38,977 nucleotides of DNA from a virus. Taxonomy: Duplodnaviria > Caudoviricetes. Shown piece after piece: positions 9,587-18,398 of this stretch (position 1 is the stretch's first letter; each line of letters opens with the position of its first letter). The position numbers and the translations under genes are program-made. The notes under the pieces were generated by a model. That model saw only the letters and a list, made by a program, of their open reading frames with translations. It ran no database searches and had not been told where the DNA came from. Location: the IMG/VR virus record IMGVR_UViG_3300016474_000552, positions 1 to 38,977 of that record; one strand, written 5' to 3'.

Positions 9587-9668
9587 AGTCGACCTCAAGG
9601 TCGTCAAGAGCTGGCTCGACGACGCCGACATCAGGCTTGTGGAGTTGTTGGGTTTGCGGAAGGTATGA
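9570..9668 (+). pseudogene. Truncated HEPN toxin N-terminus (32 aa)
   Basis: ATG overlaps the MNT 3' end; VKSWLDDADIRLVELL resembles HEPN helix 1 (W...A..DL); stops before any R-x4-H motif. Confidence 0.55.
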
Positions 9669-9743
9669 AAAACCGCCTTGGTGCGATGATGATAATCTGA
9701 AAATAAAGTGGGCAGCAGCCTGCAACAAGACCCAGTGGAAGCC

Positions 9744-10469
9744 ATGACGGTGCTTCGACAACGAAGCGACGGCGACTTCGACATCATCGAGGACGGCGTC
9801 GTCAAAGAAACGATGAGCGAGTACAAGAGGAGGACGACGATGGCGAGCACGACGACGACGACGGCGACGACGAAGGAAGTGGTGAAGGCGCGGGCTTTCG
9901 AGGCCGCGAAAGAGAATGTGGAGTTCTTCGAGGTGGTGAAGGGCTACGTCATCCAGTCGGACGACGAGTACGCCGACGCCGCTGAGATTCTCAAGATCGT
10001 GAAGCACAAGTTCAAGGTGCTCGACGAGGAGCGGACCATCAGCGTGAAGCCGCTGAACGACGAGGTGAAGGAGATCAATGCCTGGTTCAAGCCGGCGCTC
10101 GAGCGCCTGAAGGACTGCGAGGCCGAGCTCAAGCGCATCATGGGTGCCTACTCGCTCGCGAAGCAGCAGGAGCAGCAGCGCATCCTCGCTGAAGCCGCCA
10201 AGGCGGCGGAAGCCGCGCTCGTGACGTCCAGCGACCCGCAGCAGAGCGTCATGGCCCTCGTCCAGCAGGCGACCGAGGCGCAGGCCCCCCGCGTGGCCGG
10301 CGTGAGCGTGTCGCGGGTCTGGAAGTGGGAGCTGGTCGACCCGGCGCAGGTTCCGCTTGAGTTCTGGTCAATCGATCCCGCGAAGCTCGATGCGGCGGTG
10401 AAGGCCGGAACCCGTGAGATCCCCGGTGTGCGTGTGTACGAAGACGCCCGCGTCATCGCGAGGTCGTGA
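9744..10469 (+). CDS. Conserved phage coiled-coil protein (alternative start at 9840)
   Basis: IQSDDEY..A...K...EER....KPLN.....INAWFKP and GVS....WKWELVD...VP patterns typical of a phage family found near recombination genes; GGAGG before ATG9840. Confidence 0.7.
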   Translation: MTVLRQRSDGDFDIIEDGVVKETMSEYKRRTTMASTTTTTATTKEVVKARAFEAAKENVEFFEVVKGYVIQSDDEYADAAEILKIVKHKFKVLDEERTISVKPLNDEVKEINAWFKPALERLKDCEAELKRIMGAYSLAKQQEQQRILAEAAKAAEAALVTSSDPQQSVMALVQQATEAQAPRVAGVSVSRVWKWELVDPAQVPLEFWSIDPAKLDAAVKAGTREIPGVRVYEDARVIARS

Positions 10470-10476
10470 GGAAGCC

Positions 10477-10737
10477 ATGAACCGAGAAGAGCTTGAGACG
10501 TTGTGGTGGGCAATCGTGTACGTCGGGGCTCTCGCGGGCCTCATCACGTTCCTGAGAACCCTCTTCGTTCCACCGAAGACCCCCGCAGGCGGTGACTACC
10601 GGAAGGCACCCTTCGAGGTCTGGCTGGAATACTCGCAGAGACGGGCGCAGGAAGACCTTCGCGCCGAGCTGGAGAAGTACCGGATCGACCGAGGACTGGC
10701 CCACCCGTCCCGCGAGCCGTCGGCGCCGACGCCATGA
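10477..10737 (+). CDS. Small membrane protein
   Basis: GAGG RBS; hydrophobic LWWAIVYVGALAGLITFL. Confidence 0.7.
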   Translation: MNREELETLWWAIVYVGALAGLITFLRTLFVPPKTPAGGDYRKAPFEVWLEYSQRRAQEDLRAELEKYRIDRGLAHPSREPSAPTP

Positions 10738-11516
10738 GTATCATCAAGCCGACCGGGCGCTTTCGCGGGCAGGAGATCATCGACGCGAACCGCAAGCACC
10801 TCGAGCCCGATGAGGTGCGCCGGCTGTTTGCGGTGTTGAAGGAGCCCCTCGTCGAGGACGGCCCCCAGCGTTTCTCGTTCGGCCCGTTCTGGCACGGCTA
10901 CTTCGCGATTCAATACTACTTCGGCTGCCGCGTCTCTGAGGTCGCCCTCCTCTTGAAGGAGGACGTGAGCTTCAAGACCAATGAGATCCTGATCCGCCGC
11001 CTGAAGAAGCGCCAGTTCAAGAAGGCCAGCGACGGGGAAAAGAAGAAGGTCGGCGACGGCTTCACCGAGTCGGTCTACGGCATGACGCCCCAGCTCGCCG
11101 AGGCCGTGCAGGGCGTGCTCGACGCTCACAAGGCCCTGGGCGTGGACCCGAAGAACCCGTGGCTGTTCGGGTCGGCGAGCTCGAAGGCTCTGGGCCAGAG
11201 CAACGACAGGCTCATGCTCATCCGGCGCACCGAAGTGGACGGGCGCATCTTCCGCGCCATCGCACGAGACACCGCCGACACCCGCTTCCGCCAGGCGGCA
11301 ACCTGCGCTCGCGTGCCGAAGCACCTTCGGCACACCCACACGCTGCGCCACACCCGCGCCACCCTCGCCCTCGCCGAGGGGGTGGCTGAAGAGGACGTGA
11401 AGTTCCTGCTCGGGCACTCGCGCATCGAAACGACCAGAGGCTACCTTGGAGTAGCCAAGTCCCTGCGCCTGCGCCTTCAGACCCGTGCTGAACAAGTGAC
11501 TGGTCTGTTTGGCTAG
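10734..11516 (+). CDS. Tyrosine recombinase/integrase (catalytic domain only)
   Basis: GCRVSEV (Arg I), HTLRHT (H-x-x-R), LLGHSRIETTRGY (catalytic Tyr). Confidence 0.92.
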   Translation: MSIIKPTGRFRGQEIIDANRKHLEPDEVRRLFAVLKEPLVEDGPQRFSFGPFWHGYFAIQYYFGCRVSEVALLLKEDVSFKTNEILIRRLKKRQFKKASDGEKKKVGDGFTESVYGMTPQLAEAVQGVLDAHKALGVDPKNPWLFGSASSKALGQSNDRLMLIRRTEVDGRIFRAIARDTADTRFRQAATCARVPKHLRHTHTLRHTRATLALAEGVAEEDVKFLLGHSRIETTRGYLGVAKSLRLRLQTRAEQVTGLFG

Positions 11517-11536
11517 CCAGCGCGGCGCGGGCACGC

Positions 11537-11549
11537 TACCCTCGCCCCC
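11537..11549 (+). promoter_or_regulatory. Putative leaderless -10 promoter
   Basis: TACCCT, 7 nt, ATG11550; no Shine-Dalgarno. Confidence 0.5.
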
Positions 11550-11843
11550 ATGTCTACCCCGTCCCTCGGCCAGGTCGCGGCCCAGATCCTGAGCAACGCC
11601 TTCGAGGCGTGCGAAGTCGCGGGCTGTAAGCACAAGAGTCTTGGCATCGTGTGTGCTGAGTGCAGCCGCTTCGTCTGCCAGTCGCACTACTACCTCGCAC
11701 CCACCACGCAGATGCCTCCCAAGGTCGTCTGCACGAGGTGCATCCTCGCTCGAGCTCACCGCGACACGGTGATCGAAGCTGACTACACCCGCACAAGCGC
11801 CGAGCCTCTGAAGGCGCGTGTCGTTTCAGGAGCCGCCCGATGA
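11550..11843 (+). CDS. Small zinc-finger (B-box-like) protein
   Basis: CEVAGC...CAEC...CQSH...CTRC. Confidence 0.65.
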   Translation: MSTPSLGQVAAQILSNAFEACEVAGCKHKSLGIVCAECSRFVCQSHYYLAPTTQMPPKVVCTRCILARAHRDTVIEADYTRTSAEPLKARVVSGAAR

Positions 11844-12514
11844 GCCACTACGTCCCCGCCGCTTCGCCCTACGCCTACCGGCTCCCGCCCGACACGTTCC
11901 TGTCGCGGCGCGATCCCAACTGGTACATCGGCGCCGCGTCGGGGCCAACGCCCGACGACGTCAGCCGCGAGCTGCTGGGCGCTCAGACGAGCGTTGCGCT
12001 GCACGAAATGGCGAAGAAGCTGGACGACATTCTCAAGGCGAGCTTCTCCAGCTCCAGCATGGTTGCTGGGGCTGCTGCTGCCTCCGTCCCCGGCGTTGGT
12101 CTTATTATCTTCCCGGCCTACGCCAATGCGGTGAGCGCGAGGAAGTTCTTGACCGACGCCAGAGACAAGCTGGTCAAGCCAGGGGGCGCTGCAGGACAGA
12201 TTGGGAGCACTGTTGAGCTGGCGCTTGCAGTCATTCGAGACAAGTCCATCCCATATGACGAGGTGGCACGTCGCGTCCGTGAGTTTATTCAAGACACAGC
12301 AAAGGGCATCGACGACCAGATTCGGCTGAACCAAAAGTCGGCAGACATTTTCGGCAACACGCTGAAAGCGTTCGACGAAGCCGCAGGGCAGATCAAGAAA
12401 AAGCTGAAAGAAGCTGTCGTCCCCGAGGACAAGGACATTCCCGTTTGGGCGTGGGCCGCTGGCGGCCTCACCGCGATTCTCGCCATCGCCTACATCACAG
12501 GAAAGGTGAAGTGA
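11840..12514 (+). CDS. Membrane-anchored helical protein (putative virion membrane protein)
   Basis: AGGAG RBS; C-terminal TM WAWAAGGLTAILAIAYIT followed by GKVK. Confidence 0.7.
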   Translation: MSHYVPAASPYAYRLPPDTFLSRRDPNWYIGAASGPTPDDVSRELLGAQTSVALHEMAKKLDDILKASFSSSSMVAGAAAASVPGVGLIIFPAYANAVSARKFLTDARDKLVKPGGAAGQIGSTVELALAVIRDKSIPYDEVARRVREFIQDTAKGIDDQIRLNQKSADIFGNTLKAFDEAAGQIKKKLKEAVVPEDKDIPVWAWAAGGLTAILAIAYITGKVK

Positions 12515-12813
12515 TGCGTCACTACGACACCGATACCGACCTCGTCGTCGGCGCAGGCGTGCAGGCCCCGTGGCCTGGTGCGCTCTACAACAAGCCCGTC
12601 ATCATCCACTCGCACTCCAGCCACGGTGCGCTCCGTCGCAGCTACCTGCCCGAGAAGACCCTCGACGGCTTCTCTGGGCACTACTGCGGCGTCGGCTCCA
12701 CCGACTCGTTCGGCATGCCGTTGCAAGGGCTCGATGAGAGCCAGAAGTCGGCGCTCTCGACTGTCGCGATGGTTGGTATCGCTGCCCTCGCCCTCTATCT
12801 CGTCTCGAGGTGA
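12514..12813 (+). CDS. Small protein with C-terminal TM anchor
   Basis: TGATG overlap; VAMVGIAALALYLVSR. Confidence 0.7.
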   Translation: MRHYDTDTDLVVGAGVQAPWPGALYNKPVIIHSHSSHGALRRSYLPEKTLDGFSGHYCGVGSTDSFGMPLQGLDESQKSALSTVAMVGIAALALYLVSR

Positions 12814-12817
12814 TCGC

Positions 12818-13312
12818 GTGTACGTTCCTTCCCTCGGCGAAACCGCCAGCTCGCAGTCTCTTGGACTGAACGTCGACACCGCCGTCCAGACCATCGGCAA
12901 GCGTGTCTCTGACAGCGTCGTCTCCGAGGTCAACAAGGCGTCGGGGCGTTTGACGTCCGTCGTGTCGACCGCCGCCTCGCAGGGCGTCGAGCGCATGACC
13001 TCGGCAGCAGGCATCGGCCTCGACCGCTTCCTCGACTCGCCGGCGGGCACGGCGCTCTTCACGAAGATCGAGGACAAGGTCGACCGGGTCGCATCGAACG
13101 CGCTGAAGAAGCGTCAGGCCGAGCTGGCGGCGCTTGGCGTCGCGGGCCTCGCCTTCGTCATGGGGAGCGTCAGCGTAGGCAGTCGGATGAGCCGGAAGCA
13201 GACCATCATGGCGTTCGCTGTCGGAGCGGCGGCGCTCGGGCTGGTCGCTTCAGGAGCCCTTGCGCCCCCCGAGGCGCCGCCTGTACCCTCCCTGCCGCCA
13301 CGACGCCTTTGA
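12818..13312 (+). CDS. Membrane protein with two C-terminal TM segments
   Basis: GAGGTG RBS before GTG12818; LAALGVAGLAFVMG and IMAFAVGAAALGLVASG. Confidence 0.65.
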   Translation: MYVPSLGETASSQSLGLNVDTAVQTIGKRVSDSVVSEVNKASGRLTSVVSTAASQGVERMTSAAGIGLDRFLDSPAGTALFTKIEDKVDRVASNALKKRQAELAALGVAGLAFVMGSVSVGSRMSRKQTIMAFAVGAAALGLVASGALAPPEAPPVPSLPPRRL

Positions 13313-13334
13313 TCGGCGAGAAAGAGCAGCACCT

Positions 13335-13889
13335 ATGAATGACTACGAAGTCGACTACGAGCTCATTCGCGAAACCATTGTGAAGTTTGGCGAGCGCATG
13401 GAGGCGCTTGGCTTCCCGAAGATCCTCGAAGACATCGAGGGCTCGGGCAAGATCGGCAAGTGCGTGCGCGATCCTCGTGACACCGACCGAGTGCTCACCA
13501 TCGTCAAGTACCTCAAGAGCGTGGCGCAAGACCTCATCGAGGAGGAGCGCGAGCTCATCCAGAAGGGGCAGATCGACCCGGCGATCCCGCAGGCGAAGGC
13601 CGCGCTCGAGGAGTGCTACCAGACCATGAAGCTCTGCGTCGTCGACACGCAGGGTCCAGGGCAGGCTGAAGCGCAGCGTCGCGCCCAGCTCGCCGCTGCC
13701 CAGAAGGTGCAGCCGACCATGCGCGTCGCCGCGCCCCAGCAGCGCCAGGCGCTTCCGGCACCTCGTGTGGCGGCGGCTCCTGTCCAGCTCACGCCGGCGC
13801 AGGTGGCCCAGCTCCGAGCCGCTCAGATGGCTCGCGCCAATGCCCTCGTTCCGTCTCAGGTGATCCCCGGCGCTCCCAGGGGGCGGTAG
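13335..13889 (+). CDS. Hypothetical helical protein with Q/A/P-rich tail
   Basis: Coding-like codon usage from ATG13335; coupled to the next ORF. Confidence 0.7.
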   Translation: MNDYEVDYELIRETIVKFGERMEALGFPKILEDIEGSGKIGKCVRDPRDTDRVLTIVKYLKSVAQDLIEEERELIQKGQIDPAIPQAKAALEECYQTMKLCVVDTQGPGQAEAQRRAQLAAAQKVQPTMRVAAPQQRQALPAPRVAAAPVQLTPAQVAQLRAAQMARANALVPSQVIPGAPRGR

Positions 13890-14170
13890 TGGACCCCGAC
13901 ACGCGCAGGAAGGCTTTCGCCGCCGCGCTGGGCCTCGCCGCGTTCTTTGCGGCGGGGCCTATCTCTCGGGGCCTCCGACGGAGGTTTCCTGAGAGCCCCT
14001 TCGCCGCTCAGGTCGTCATCGGGGGCTCGATCGCTGTGGCGTCCTACGCCTTCGCGAAGGCCCTCCTGCCGCAGAACCCTCGAGCCTCAGAAGCTGTGCT
14101 GGCGAGGTCGTGGGGCGTATTCGGAGGCGCCTACCAAGCGATGAAGAACGCGAACGAAGGATACGACTGA
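13889..14170 (+). CDS. Small membrane protein
   Basis: Two hydrophobic segments AFAAALGLAAFFAAG and VVIGGSIAVASYAF. Confidence 0.6.
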   Translation: MDPDTRRKAFAAALGLAAFFAAGPISRGLRRRFPESPFAAQVVIGGSIAVASYAFAKALLPQNPRASEAVLARSWGVFGGAYQAMKNANEGYD

Positions 14171-14183
14171 GAGGACGACCACC

Positions 14184-14831
14184 ATGCGCCCCGGCTTCAT
14201 CAACAGCTTCCAGCCTTCTCGCGACCCCGTCGTGCAGCCCATCCCGCTGCCGTCGGACTACTGGCACGTCAGCAACGCCAACTACTCGGCGTCGGCGTTC
14301 CTGCCGCAGCAGTCCTACCCGTTCACGGGTGTTGGCTCTTGGAACCTGAACACAAGCAATCTGCTCTACGCGGTTCCGTTTTTCGTCGGACGGGCGGGGC
14401 GAACGGTGACGGCGCTCGGCGCACGCTGGGTGTCGGCCCCGACCGTGGGCGCGATCTTGAAGATCGGCATCTACGACGTGCTCCCAGCGTCGGCGCACAA
14501 CGTCTACCCGCAGAACCTCGTCGCCAGCGTGGAGTTCGCGTTGACCGGCTCGACGGGCGTTCAGACCGGCGCACTGGCGTCGTCCGTCAACCTGCCGAAC
14601 GGCTTGTATTGGATCGCGTTCGCCCGCCGGTCGGGGTCTTCCGGCTCCATTCGCGCCATCAACAGCCTCGGCGCCAACCAGATGGCGGGACGCAACCCCC
14701 TCCAGTGGACCGGCGCGACGCTGAACTCCTACCTGCAAGTCGCGCTGCCTGACGCCTCGGCGCTCCCTGCGACGTTCGCTGCCAGCGCGACGATTCAATC
14801 CGGCAACCCGCCGCTTCTTGAGGTGCTGTGA
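14184..14831 (+). CDS. Putative beta-rich virion protein, paralogue 1 of 3
   Basis: Shares DYWH, PFFVG, KIGIYD, YP.NL and LPATF motifs with the next two ORFs. Confidence 0.7.
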   Translation: MRPGFINSFQPSRDPVVQPIPLPSDYWHVSNANYSASAFLPQQSYPFTGVGSWNLNTSNLLYAVPFFVGRAGRTVTALGARWVSAPTVGAILKIGIYDVLPASAHNVYPQNLVASVEFALTGSTGVQTGALASSVNLPNGLYWIAFARRSGSSGSIRAINSLGANQMAGRNPLQWTGATLNSYLQVALPDASALPATFAASATIQSGNPPLLEVL

Positions 14832-15769
14832 TGACGCAACCGTGGGACTACTGGCACGTCGCAGGCGGCGGCGGACTGACCGTCTACAACACGCGAGAAC
14901 TGGTCGAGAGCGCGGGCATCATCGGCCCTGGAGGCGCTGTCAACTACGCGCTGCACATGCTTTCGGCGCGACCGTTCTTTGTGGGAGACGAAGGCGTCAC
15001 GGTCGCAGCCGTCAGCGTCAATCTGGACTCGTCGACGACTCCCGGCACCTGTCGTTTTGGCATCTATGCCTGCCCGCCGCCCTCGGCGCACGACATGTAC
15101 CCAGCGCAGCTTCTTGCGGACTTTGGCGAACTGACGCTCACGGGGTCGTTCCGTCCCTCGCTCGCCGTCACGCCGCTCACGCTCGACCCCGGCTTCTACT
15201 ACCTCGCCACGATCTTCAGCAATGCGTCGCCAACCCTGCTCACAGCCGGGTACGGACAAGCACAACTCGGAGGCCCCGGCTTCCCGCTGGGCTACTCGCC
15301 TGCAAACGGCGTCGGGTTCATCGGATTCTCGGTGTATCGGCCTTACGGTGCGCTGCCGTCGACCTTCCCGGCGCTTGTGGCAGGCAGCTTTGGCTTCGTA
15401 CCGGCGTCCGTTCCACCTTTCAGCAACAACATACAAATCTACGTCGAGTGCGAGGCTTCCGTCACGGGCACGTTCCAAGTGAACTGGGGTCGCGACGTCG
15501 CGCTGCCCACCAACAGCGCCACGGTGACAGCAGAAACAGCATCCTCTGTCACCATTCGATACGGCACGGACACGTCGCCAGCGACCTTTGCGGCGGCGCT
15601 GCAAACGCAGTCGGCGAACGTCAAGACGGCGATAAGCGTCGGTTCGCCTGCGAACTTTCCCAACAGCGGCCCTTGGACCATCAATCTCCAGAACGCCGGG
15701 CCTTTGCAGAACTCGGCAGGCAACGTCGCGCAGTATCTCCCCATCACGGCGATTGCCGTCCAGCTCTGA
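14831..15769 (+). CDS. Putative beta-rich virion protein, paralogue 2 of 3 (extra C-terminal domain)
   Basis: QPWDYWH, PFFVG, RFGIY, MYPAQLLADFG, LPSTFPA. Confidence 0.7.
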   Translation: MTQPWDYWHVAGGGGLTVYNTRELVESAGIIGPGGAVNYALHMLSARPFFVGDEGVTVAAVSVNLDSSTTPGTCRFGIYACPPPSAHDMYPAQLLADFGELTLTGSFRPSLAVTPLTLDPGFYYLATIFSNASPTLLTAGYGQAQLGGPGFPLGYSPANGVGFIGFSVYRPYGALPSTFPALVAGSFGFVPASVPPFSNNIQIYVECEASVTGTFQVNWGRDVALPTNSATVTAETASSVTIRYGTDTSPATFAAALQTQSANVKTAISVGSPANFPNSGPWTINLQNAGPLQNSAGNVAQYLPITAIAVQL

Positions 15770-15778
15770 GAGGTCGCC

Positions 15779-16405
15779 GTGGTCCAGCCTTTCGACTACA
15801 TACACAATCCCGGTTTGGTCGACCCGCGTACAGCAGCGCCGTACCTGACCCTGCAAAACTACGCAGCCCGCCCTGATAACACGTCTGGAAACCCGTCGTC
15901 GCTGATCAACACGCTGCTCGCGCAGCCGTTTTGGACCGGCGACGAGTCGCTGTCGATCACGGCGCTTGGAATCAACTGCCTGAGCACAGGCACGGCGACG
16001 TTGCGGATCGCGGTGTACGACGTGCCGTCGACACGCAACCTCTATCCCGGCAACCTGCTGCACGACTTCGGCGTCGTCGACTACACGGCGACGGGCGTTC
16101 GCTTGGCGTCGTTGAGTGTAACGCTGCCCGCCAACCAGATGTTCTGGATCGTGACGAACACGCCGGGAGGCACGGGGCAACACGCAAGCGTCGTGTCGTC
16201 GAACGAGATCACGCTACCGTCTGGTCCCTTGGGCACTGTCGTATCATCACCCACGTCCGTATCGAATCAAGCAGCCCTCGGCCTGTTCGTTGCCTCGACC
16301 TACGTCGCCCCGCCGACTCCGATGCCCGCGACGTTCCCCGCAGGAGCGGCCACGCGCAATAACCAGTTCGGCGTGTACCCGGCCATCGTCATCGTACCCG
16401 CTTGA
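15779..16405 (+). CDS. Putative beta-rich virion protein, paralogue 3 of 3
   Basis: QPFDYIH, PFWTG, RIAVYD, LYPGNLLHDFG, MPATFPA. Confidence 0.7.
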   Translation: MVQPFDYIHNPGLVDPRTAAPYLTLQNYAARPDNTSGNPSSLINTLLAQPFWTGDESLSITALGINCLSTGTATLRIAVYDVPSTRNLYPGNLLHDFGVVDYTATGVRLASLSVTLPANQMFWIVTNTPGGTGQHASVVSSNEITLPSGPLGTVVSSPTSVSNQAALGLFVASTYVAPPTPMPATFPAGAATRNNQFGVYPAIVIVPA

Positions 16406-16416
16406 TAGGAGCCGGC

Positions 16417-18390
16417 ATGGCAACCCGCAAACCCGTAGTCAACGTCAACGGCACGAACCAGCAGATCCCCAACGCCGACACGCTCGCCGTCGGCGCAGGC
16501 ATCGACGCAGCCGCCGCAGGCGCGCTGGCGATCGGGGCATCGACGGCGACGTCGGTGGTGGTCACGCCGCCAACCACGATTCAAGGACTGACCGTAGGTC
16601 GCGGCGCAGGCTCGTTGTTGAGTAACACGGTGGTTGGCGCGGGCGCCCTCGCGTCGAACGGCACAGGCGTCGACAACACCGCCGTCGGTTCGTCGGCCCT
16701 GACGGCGAACACGACGGGGAGCAACAATACCGCGCTCGGATCGGGGGCGGGGGCGAGCATCGACAGCGGCATCAACAACGTCGCTGTAGGTGCCGGTGCT
16801 TTGAGCAGCGGCGTAAGCGTGAGCAGCGTGGTCGCTATCGGAGTCTCCGCCCTAAACAACAACCAAGCCGATGAGGTCGTTGCCGTTGGAGCACTGGCAG
16901 GGGCCAAGAACGAAACGGGCGTCAGGCTGACGGCAATCGGAAAGGAGGCGGCGTTTCGGAACCAAGCCGCAAACGACGTGACGGCGGTAGGTTTTGAGGC
17001 GCTGCTGAACAACTCAGCCAATAGTAACACCGCCGTCGGGTCGCGAGCCCTGTTGACGGTGACAGCGGGCGATTCGTGTACGGCAGTAGGGCATGAAGCC
17101 CTGCGTGGCGCTTCCACGGACGTACCTGCCGGGTCTACGGCAGTCGGCGCGAGCGCCCTCGGTGCGATCACGACAGGCCAGCGCAACACCGCGATGGGTT
17201 TCTTTGCGGGAGGACTGTTGTCCTCCAACGCGAACAACTCGTACTTCGGCTATCTCGCGGGCCAGAAAATCACAGGCGGCAGCAACACAGGCATCGGACA
17301 GGCCGCACTTGGTAGCGGCACGGGCGGTACGGGCGAGAGCAACACCGCCGTCGGTTCGTCGGCCCTCGGGACGTTGCAGACCGGGGTCGAGAACGTCGCC
17401 GTCGGTCGCGAAGCTGGTTTTGCCTTGACGTCGGGAGGGCAGAACGTCGCCGTCGGCGCGTATGCGCTATCGGCGGCAACGACCAACGGCTCCAATGTCG
17501 CCGTCGGCTTCAACTCGTTGCTGTTGGACACCCTCGGCACCAACTCGGTCGCCGTCGGCTTTCGCGCCCTCGATGCCCAGAACCCTGGCGCAGCAGGCGC
17601 GATGAACAACGTCGCCGTGGGCAGCAACGCGGGCGGGGCGGTCACGACCGGCACGAACAACACGCTGGTCGGAGCAAACGCAGGCGGCCTCATCACGACG
17701 GGCGCCAACAACGTCATCATCGGAAACAACGCGGACGTTGTATTCAACAGCGGAAACAACAACATCGTCATCGGCCACAACGCCGCTGTGGCTACGGGGG
17801 TGTTGAGCAACAACGTCTCCATCGGCAACAGTTCGACCGAGACTCTGCGCTTTGGCGTCGCCGCGACGAACCTGCCGAACCCCGGTCTTTCTGCTTCAAG
17901 TCTGAACGGCCCGTCTACGACGCTGAACATCGGGCACCTCGCAAACTCTGGGTCCGCACCGTTCACGGCGTTCTCGATTGCTGGGGCGCTTGTGGGCGGC
18001 ATCCGACAGGCTTCCGGCGGCGGTACGCCGCTCGTCTACGCGACGACGTCGGACTACCGCATCAAGACCGACGTCCAGCCCATCGAAGCGCCGCTGGACC
18101 GGCTGGCCGCGCTCAAGCCGTGCAGGTTCCACTTCTCGACGAACCCCGCTGGCTCGCCGCTCGTCGAGGGCTTCATCGCCCATGAGGTGCAGGCGGTCGT
18201 GCCCCAGGCGGTCGTCGGTACGAAGGACGAGGTCGACGCCGACGGAAACCCCGTACATCAGGGGCTCGATCAGGCCCACCTTGTTCCCCTCCTGACAGCG
18301 GCGTGTCAGGCTCTCGTCGCCCGCGCCGAAGCAGCAGAAGCCCGCCTCGCGGCTTTGGAAGCCGCTATCATCGCCCTGCAAGCTCAGTGA
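16417..18390 (+). CDS. Fibre/spike protein with NTAVG beta-roll repeats and C-terminal Peptidase S74 intramolecular chaperone
   Basis: AGGAG RBS; many N(T/V)A(V/I)G..AL repeats; TSDYRIKTDVQPI...LKPCRF...GFIAHEVQAVVPQAV plus terminal coiled coil. Confidence 0.88.
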   Translation: MATRKPVVNVNGTNQQIPNADTLAVGAGIDAAAAGALAIGASTATSVVVTPPTTIQGLTVGRGAGSLLSNTVVGAGALASNGTGVDNTAVGSSALTANTTGSNNTALGSGAGASIDSGINNVAVGAGALSSGVSVSSVVAIGVSALNNNQADEVVAVGALAGAKNETGVRLTAIGKEAAFRNQAANDVTAVGFEALLNNSANSNTAVGSRALLTVTAGDSCTAVGHEALRGASTDVPAGSTAVGASALGAITTGQRNTAMGFFAGGLLSSNANNSYFGYLAGQKITGGSNTGIGQAALGSGTGGTGESNTAVGSSALGTLQTGVENVAVGREAGFALTSGGQNVAVGAYALSAATTNGSNVAVGFNSLLLDTLGTNSVAVGFRALDAQNPGAAGAMNNVAVGSNAGGAVTTGTNNTLVGANAGGLITTGANNVIIGNNADVVFNSGNNNIVIGHNAAVATGVLSNNVSIGNSSTETLRFGVAATNLPNPGLSASSLNGPSTTLNIGHLANSGSAPFTAFSIAGALVGGIRQASGGGTPLVYATTSDYRIKTDVQPIEAPLDRLAALKPCRFHFSTNPAGSPLVEGFIAHEVQAVVPQAVVGTKDEVDADGNPVHQGLDQAHLVPLLTAACQALVARAEAAEARLAALEAAIIALQAQ

Positions 18391-18398
18391 GGTAGACC

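Noticed and set aside
9678-9710. Possible dif/Xer site (starts ggtgcg, AT-rich)
   Set aside because: No TTATGTTAAAT-like XerD arm or proper 11-6-11 symmetry; more likely a promoter or junction
16620-17830. Repeated aac...gccgtcgg units resembling a DNA repeat array or DGR template
   Set aside because: They are the codons of NTAVG beta-roll protein repeats; no reverse transcriptase or adenine-specific TR/VR pair seen
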